This document shows, piece by piece, positions 32,939 to 38,754 of a DNA stretch of 38,754 nt. Source of the DNA: a virus (taxonomy: Duplodnaviria; Caudoviricetes); the IMG/VR virus record IMGVR_UViG_3300025277_000054, positions 1 through 38,754 of that record; one strand, given 5' to 3'. The notes below the pieces were generated by a model. It searched no databases, was not told where the DNA came from, and saw only the letters and a list, made by a program, of their open reading frames with translations. A program made the position numbers and the translations under genes. Each line of letters begins with the position of its first letter. Position 1 is the stretch's first letter.

Positions 32939-34276
32939 CTAGCTGTTCACGCAGCCGAACATGTCAATCGTCCCACTCTCGATGTTGCCGCTGGAGAACG
33001 AGAATTGAACAGCGTCGACGTCGTTACTTGTGTCACCTGATAGACTTCTGTCCCACATTCCTGTTCCTACGCCACCACGCAGAACGCCGCTTTCATGCGT
33101 GAACGCCCGGATGAACGTGAAATATTGACTGATAGCCACGACGTTGCGTCCCAACATTTGTAAAACGATGGAGATACCTTCAGTTGCACCGCTGCCAAGA
33201 CCATCGGCAAGTTCGATGTGATCTGAGGACGAACCACCACGAAGAGTCTGACTAGCGGCCTCAGAAACATAGTATCCCCCCCAGTTATAATTGCTCCCAG
33301 CATCGAAGGAATCGCCATTGTCGGTGTCAACTCGCAATCGTAAAACGACGTTATCCGTGACTGGCACGAGGTTGACGATGAATCGATAGTTGTCGAAGGT
33401 CAGGTCTTTGAAGTCCACTGTCGCGACCCCCGATGGGGATGACCTACTCACGAACCCGCAGCCAGTGACACCGGCAGACGCCGCTTGCCAGGTTGGCACA
33501 GCCCCGCTGCCGTTTGATGTCAGCACTTGAGTTGCCGCCCCCGCCGTGACCGTGGTGGCAACGCCAGCAGCACTCCACGTCAACAAATAGCCATCTGTTC
33601 CATCTGCAATCTTGCCAACCTCAACCGCCCCCGTTGAGATGCTATCCGAAACGATGCTTGCAAACACTGTGTCTGTTCCGTTTGACATGGCGACGCTGCC
33701 GCTCGCACCAATTGCAACGCGCTGCGTCGCCGAGGCCCCACGAGTGAGGATATCGCCACGCGTCGTCAATGGATCGCTATAACCACTAGCAGTTGCCGCA
33801 CCGGACAAAACTTGCCAAATATTATTTGCGGAATCGTAGGAAACAATGATGCGCTCACCAGCGGCAATAGCGCCCGCCGCTAAACTCGTTCCCACATCGA
33901 AGCGCAATTCTTTAGCGCCTGTGTTGTTCACATTCAAAGTCGGGCTAACAGCGCTGTTGGTCGGCGTCATCTCAACAATCAGAAGACGACCATCGAGCAG
34001 CGCGGTGGTGGCATCGTTGCCGGTAACCGAATACGCGGTCGAACTGGTGCTGCTGACAGTTAAGCCGGATGCCTGGTCTGCGATGTAGCGACCAAGAGCG
34101 CCTTGGAAGGCACGCCAACGATCATCCACCGCGCTCGGGGCCGTCGAATTTGTCAGGCCCATCACTGATCCGGTGTTGCTTGCATCGGTCGTGTCGAGCG
34201 TCTTTATTTCGGCTGCGAATGACCAACCTGCCGCGAGGGCAAGCACGATCAACGATGGGAGTAGGAGTCGTTTCAT
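32939..34276 (-). CDS. Tail fibre protein with a Sec signal peptide
   Basis: MKRLLLPSLIVLALAAGWSFA signal, then a TTDASN...APSAVDD anchor, PTLNVNNTGAK, LTTRGDIL, QVLTSNGSGAVPTWQ and a tip domain ending FSSGNIESGTIDMFG. Confidence 0.85.
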   Translation of the reverse strand: MKRLLLPSLIVLALAAGWSFAAEIKTLDTTDASNTGSVMGLTNSTAPSAVDDRWRAFQGALGRYIADQASGLTVSSTSSTAYSVTGNDATTALLDGRLLIVEMTPTNSAVSPTLNVNNTGAKELRFDVGTSLAAGAIAAGERIIVSYDSANNIWQVLSGAATASGYSDPLTTRGDILTRGASATQRVAIGASGSVAMSNGTDTVFASIVSDSISTGAVEVGKIADGTDGYLLTWSAAGVATTVTAGAATQVLTSNGSGAVPTWQAASAGVTGCGFVSRSSPSGVATVDFKDLTFDNYRFIVNLVPVTDNVVLRLRVDTDNGDSFDAGSNYNWGGYYVSEAASQTLRGGSSSDHIELADGLGSGATEGISIVLQMLGRNVVAISQYFTFIRAFTHESGVLRGGVGTGMWDRSLSGDTSNDVDAVQFSFSSGNIESGTIDMFGCVNS

Positions 34277-36405
34277 TGTTGTTGCTCCTGCTGTGCGGGC
34301 AAGTTAGGGTCGAAGCCAGCGGGCAGGACGTCTTCGCCTTTTGGCCCACCCATGATATTTGCCCGCGCCAGGTTAATAGCCTTCATAACAATCAGTGCAT
34401 ATTTATCGCGGGGTGTTGCTTGACTGCTAATCTTTAGTAGCTCTTCGACGCTGTCGGTTGAGGTGATGGTACGAACCAGTACATCAAAGTTTATATTTTT
34501 CATCATTTCATCAAAGCCAGCTTCGAGTCGTTTCAAAGCGCCGAACGGATTGAAGAGTGTTTTGATGACCGTCTTGGCACCACCGCCTTTTTCCAGCATT
34601 TTCTGTCCCTGCAACTGCGCCGGTGTTGTCGAATTGTAGTTGGTGGCACGGCCCGTTGCCTCAAAGACCTTCATCAGATTGTCGAACGCTTCAGCTTGAT
34701 TAGGTGATAGCGCTGCTTTCACTCTGGCATACTGTTTGCCGTTACCGACCAATGCTGCCCACAGAGATGCCGGTGCTGCTGCTTTCTGCATCGAGACACG
34801 GGGGATGTTTGACTTGAAGATGCGACCGGCTACCTCCCACTGTTGTTCAATAAAGCCGCGCACTACTGAGTTCCACACGTCTTCACCACCTGTGACATCC
34901 ATAATATGCTTTCGTGCCCGCGTGATCTCTGCCGGGCTGGCACCACTCAAAAACTTCGAACCCATATATTCAAAGTCTTTGCTGCCCTTGTTTGCCAGCA
35001 ACGGCAGGATGCCGCCCTCGGTGTAATCGACATCGCGGCTTAGATCACCCCAGACTTTGCGAGCCTCGGCATATTTTGGCGATCTCGCATCAAGTGATTT
35101 GAGCAGCGTCTTCTGCACATCAAGCAAGCGATTGGCGAGCTTGTTTTTGCCCTGCCGGATCAACATACCGACCTGATCATCAAGCTGCTCCTTGACGCCG
35201 TTCTGAATTACTTCCATATCGGTATGTGGAATGAAACGCTCGGTCTTGCCGCGCTTCACTACCTCGCCCATCATGCTGCGGACGTTCTCGATGATGTCCT
35301 TTGAGCCGGGAAATATCTTCAAGACATCATCAAGTTCTTTGATTGCAGGCCCGATGTCTATTGGCTCACGCTCGCCCTTCCTTACAAGTCGGCGATGTTC
35401 CCTGATGGCCTGTTTGTAAAAAGGACTGCCTTCTGTGACGCGGCGTTGTTTGATTGCTGCCAGTGCATCTCTTGACGTAGCGGCAAGGGCTTCACCAGCT
35501 GTGTCGATACTGGTTCTTGGTGAAATGCTTTCCGCGAGACTTTGGACTGCCTGTCCGGTCTGGACGCCGCGCTCGGCATAGAAGTCCTCCAGTATCTGAG
35601 CATGCTCTGGCTTCGCTTCCAGTCCCGACTGCTGTGCTCTGAGCTTGGCGAGGTTGGTTATCTCTGCCGGTGTCAGTTTGATCTTGGTGCCATACTTGGC
35701 ATTGACCGACGCCAGCGCTTCCTTCATCGCAGTGACACTGCTACTCGTTGCCTGATCCATGATCCGGCCAAGTTCTTGACCGGCCCTCGTTGCTGCCACC
35801 TTCGACATCCCCTTGCCAATAAACAACCCGGATACAGTGGCAACGAAGTCGAGCGAGGCCTCGCGGGTCACCCGCCACGCAGACATCGGCTGATCCATCA
35901 ACTTTCTGGCTGCAACATCCCTGATAAACTGGCCGGTGCCAGCGCCAGCAAGGCCACCTGCTGCTAGTCCTGCTGGCCCGAGTGGCGCGCCTGCGACCAT
36001 GCCGACTGCACCGGCAACAGCCGGGAATGATGGCCCGGTGCCCTTGGCAATTGCGCGGGCGATACCAGGTGCAACCGCCTGGAGTTGCCCGTCGTTGTCG
36101 AGGTAGACGATCTTGCCGCGATGCATACCGAAGCGCGAACGGTCGATCTTCATCTTTTTTGAGTACCAATTCATCCTGGCGTTAGCGTCCTCAGCCAGCG
36201 AGGCAATGGCAACGTCTGAGATATCAGCCGCCCCCTCGGTGCCCCGCTTCGCATGCACCGGCACGCCGGTGTAGGTGGTAGGCTGCGGCTCAATCGTCTC
36301 AGCAACTTCTTTGGCCCAATCGACACCAGAGCCAGCCTGTGCTGCTGGCTGCACTGCTCGCGGCGTGCGCTTTTCTATTTCTTCAGCCCAGTTGATATCA
36401 GACAT
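34273..36405 (-). CDS. Internal virion / DNA ejection protein
   Basis: 710 aa, helical, with a Gly/Ala membrane-like segment; positioned before the fibre. Confidence 0.7.
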   Translation of the reverse strand: MSDINWAEEIEKRTPRAVQPAAQAGSGVDWAKEVAETIEPQPTTYTGVPVHAKRGTEGAADISDVAIASLAEDANARMNWYSKKMKIDRSRFGMHRGKIVYLDNDGQLQAVAPGIARAIAKGTGPSFPAVAGAVGMVAGAPLGPAGLAAGGLAGAGTGQFIRDVAARKLMDQPMSAWRVTREASLDFVATVSGLFIGKGMSKVAATRAGQELGRIMDQATSSSVTAMKEALASVNAKYGTKIKLTPAEITNLAKLRAQQSGLEAKPEHAQILEDFYAERGVQTGQAVQSLAESISPRTSIDTAGEALAATSRDALAAIKQRRVTEGSPFYKQAIREHRRLVRKGEREPIDIGPAIKELDDVLKIFPGSKDIIENVRSMMGEVVKRGKTERFIPHTDMEVIQNGVKEQLDDQVGMLIRQGKNKLANRLLDVQKTLLKSLDARSPKYAEARKVWGDLSRDVDYTEGGILPLLANKGSKDFEYMGSKFLSGASPAEITRARKHIMDVTGGEDVWNSVVRGFIEQQWEVAGRIFKSNIPRVSMQKAAAPASLWAALVGNGKQYARVKAALSPNQAEAFDNLMKVFEATGRATNYNSTTPAQLQGQKMLEKGGGAKTVIKTLFNPFGALKRLEAGFDEMMKNINFDVLVRTITSTDSVEELLKISSQATPRDKYALIVMKAINLARANIMGGPKGEDVLPAGFDPNLPAQQEQQQ

Positions 36406-37674
36406 CTAAACTCCAAACTCTTCGAGCAGCGTTTTCCTAACTTTCGCCTTGGCAGCGTCATCGGAAAGTCCTTGTCCTGTGTATTTAATGAACAGCTCTT
36501 CGCCTCGCTTTTGGAATATCTGAGGCATCTCGGCGATGTAATCTCTGTCATCATCAGTCCAATCCAAACCACGACGCCGCACATAGTTGTATTTACGCAA
36601 AGCGTTTCTGGTAAATTCGATCATGTTTTGGCGCTTGGCTTCGACCTGCGAGGGCGAGTCACCATCAAACAATCCAGTGCCAGTGTGCGGGATGAATATC
36701 TCAGCTCGTTTATACTCAGTTGGGTTGACCGCAACACCCGATAGGTCTTTCAGGATGGCGGTAAAATTGGCACCGGTAGTGGCCCGGTATTGAGAGTATT
36801 CAAAGAGTGTCTGCATATCTTCACGCGAGGGTTGCCCGAGAAGGCCACCAGCTTTCTCTTGCCAAGCCGTCTTCATAGCGCTCCATCTATAACCGAGCTG
36901 GTGGAACTTGGGCTGGTACTGAGACTGTGCCCGGCTCAAGAGGTTCAGCGTGTCACTCGTCGATAGTACCTTCTTCTCGACGACACCTTTCGTTGGCTTG
37001 GCAAGCTCGCCCAACGTGGCAGTGCCGGTTGCAAGTGTAAACCCACCCTTACCATCTGACTGCATTTTCAGCCCTGACGGAAATGGTCGATAGTTCCGGT
37101 TACTTATTGCCTCTTGCGCACTCACAATACGCGGGGTTGGGTTTTTTGGATCAGTCCAATCCATGACGGCTTGAGGTTTCGGCGTCGTGGGTGCCCTCGT
37201 CCACTCCCTGAGCTGGGCCTCCATAACCGCCTCTGGAGCTAATTCGCCAATCCGTGCAAGTGTCGCGGCTGGCCCCCTCGTTCCAAGATCAGTAGTTGTT
37301 GGTCCTCCGTATCCGCCATAAAGTTCCCGTAATCCTTCTCGCTGCCTTCGCACGCGCTCTGCTTCTTCTGCTGCTCTGTCTCTTGTTGCAATCCCCTGCT
37401 TCAACGCCTGCGTCTGTAACGGGGCAAGCGCTGCCGCCCGTTCACCTGCGGCCACCTGCTGCTCATACAGCCGCCTCTGCATCTCGGTCGCCCCAGCCGC
37501 TTGCATTGCACCCGGAAGGCCCGCCATAGTTCGCGCCATTATGCTTGGGCGTTGGCCGACTGGGCCAGGTTGACCCGCAGCGAGCAGACCGGCACCAGCA
37601 TGTCCAAGACCCCCCAAAAACGCGGGTTGTCGATACCAGGGAGTCGCTGTTCCTTTTGTGTTATATGCCATCAA
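36406..37674 (-). CDS. Internal virion / DNA ejection protein
   Basis: 422 aa; N-terminal GLGHAGAGLLAAG; SGVAVNPTE motif. Confidence 0.7.
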   Translation of the reverse strand: MMAYNTKGTATPWYRQPAFLGGLGHAGAGLLAAGQPGPVGQRPSIMARTMAGLPGAMQAAGATEMQRRLYEQQVAAGERAAALAPLQTQALKQGIATRDRAAEEAERVRRQREGLRELYGGYGGPTTTDLGTRGPAATLARIGELAPEAVMEAQLREWTRAPTTPKPQAVMDWTDPKNPTPRIVSAQEAISNRNYRPFPSGLKMQSDGKGGFTLATGTATLGELAKPTKGVVEKKVLSTSDTLNLLSRAQSQYQPKFHQLGYRWSAMKTAWQEKAGGLLGQPSREDMQTLFEYSQYRATTGANFTAILKDLSGVAVNPTEYKRAEIFIPHTGTGLFDGDSPSQVEAKRQNMIEFTRNALRKYNYVRRRGLDWTDDDRDYIAEMPQIFQKRGEELFIKYTGQGLSDDAAKAKVRKTLLEEFGV

Positions 37675-37681
37675 TTTGCCC

Positions 37682-38545
37682 TCATACCAATGTGCTCAGA
37701 GCGCCAAGCGCTGCACCGCCGCCAACAAACGGCAAAGTCGGTGAGATCGATCCACCGACTGCCGCACCGCCGAGCAATCCCAGAAGCGGGTTCGCGGCCT
37801 GCTGCGGCTGGAGTGATGTTTGTTGACTGCCAAGGCCACCGCCGCCAACCGCTGCGAGATACTGACCGATACGCTGGGTAGGCTCTGCCTGCTGATATCC
37901 GAAGCGCGCCGCTTGTTCAGCTGCCTGCGCCGCCAGAAGGCTCTCGCGTGTCGCACCCACGCCGCCCAGAGTGGCGATGTCGCTGTAATCCGCTTGAGCG
38001 AGTTGTGGTGCCATGCCAGCAAATTGATCCTGGGTTGCGCGTTCCTGCGCATAGGTCGGATAGGCCAGCTGCGCCGAAACGTCGCCAACCGAACTCAGGT
38101 AGTCCTCGGCGACATTGCCCAATGCCGTCGCACTGGCGATGTTGGAGCCGCCTCGGCCAGCTGCCGAAAACGCCCCGCGAACACCCGGTAGAGCAACATC
38201 TTCAAACTGCCGCGTCAGTGGCCGTACAGCACGGTCGACCATAGCTTGGTAAGCAGGGTTTTCCAGACCGGTAAAGCCGCCCCCGATGACGTCCTGCGCA
38301 TGGGCCAGACCTGCCTGCTGGAGCGGCGAGCCTGCCAACGCTCGGGTCGTCGCCAGGTTCAGTGAGGTTGCCGTTTCTGGACTGAATGGCGCTACAGTCG
38401 TGCCAGGGAAAAACTGTGTCGGCCGATCCAGAATGTCTCTTTGCGCCGCCTCGAACCCCCGTTGCAAGAAGGGTTGCTGAAACGCGGGCGGTCCTGAGAT
38501 AGTTCTGGTCTCGATGGGAGTGTTTCGTCCGCTACCAGTGCTCAT
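37682..38545 (-). CDS. Internal virion / pilot-type ejection protein
   Basis: PAFQQPFL, PGTTVAPFS and NPAY; Gly-rich hydrophobic C-terminus. Confidence 0.75.
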   Translation of the reverse strand: MSTGSGRNTPIETRTISGPPAFQQPFLQRGFEAAQRDILDRPTQFFPGTTVAPFSPETATSLNLATTRALAGSPLQQAGLAHAQDVIGGGFTGLENPAYQAMVDRAVRPLTRQFEDVALPGVRGAFSAAGRGGSNIASATALGNVAEDYLSSVGDVSAQLAYPTYAQERATQDQFAGMAPQLAQADYSDIATLGGVGATRESLLAAQAAEQAARFGYQQAEPTQRIGQYLAAVGGGGLGSQQTSLQPQQAANPLLGLLGGAAVGGSISPTLPFVGGGAALGALSTLV

Positions 38546-38718
38546 AAATCTTTCTCCAAAAGGATATGGGTCTTCGTCCAGTCAGGAAGCACACGCTCCC
38601 ATCCCGGCCTTCCCCATGCCTCGATTGTCTGACAGTCGCGCTCGCGACCAAAGGCTTCAATATGCGCGAGGTGGTGCAACCAGTCTTCGCGCCTCTGGCC
38701 TACTAGAATGACTAAGCT
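38542..38718 (-). CDS. 3' part of the junction-spanning GNAT-like protein
   Basis: In frame with 246..1; ends in an ATGA overlap with the 287-aa gene. Confidence 0.8.
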   Translation of the reverse strand, partial: SLVILVGQRREDWLHHLAHIEAFGRERDCQTIEAWGRPGWERVLPDWTKTHILLEKDL

Positions 38719-38752
38719 AATCGTTTTCTTGGCCGGATAGGTGATGATCTCG
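38719..38752. repeat. Terminal direct overlap (copy 2)
   Basis: Identical to 1-34. Confidence 0.95.
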
Positions 38753-38754
38753 AC

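Overview
The window is an apparently complete, circular ~38.7 kb tailed-phage genome. A 34-nt terminal overlap joins a gene across the ends. The minus-strand late operon is podovirus-like (HTVC010P/P22-style): TerS, TerL, portal, scaffold, SU10/DUF5309-type major capsid, adaptor, nozzle, ejection proteins, tail fibre and lysis genes with an M15A endolysin. There is also a primase-polymerase/helicase replication module with iterons, a Cro-like regulator and xis/int with attP-like arms; the host is probably an alphaproteobacterium (inference). The most striking feature is a Wzy_C (O-antigen ligase / PglL-like O-oligosaccharyltransferase) gene translationally coupled between two post-capsid virion-type proteins that both carry Sec signal peptides, as do the tail fibre and its partner protein. 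This suggests a phage-encoded route for periplasmic export and O-glycosylation of virion surface proteins. Other oddities: a CBASS-type capH plus truncated capP fragment inserted into a phage gene, an ATT start for TerL, no CI at the immunity locus, a tRNA-Asn anticodon-arm attP core, a third integrase-arm repeat beside terS, and a putative cargo/immunity pair with a duplicated N-terminal motif. All family assignments come from motif recognition by eye, not database searches.
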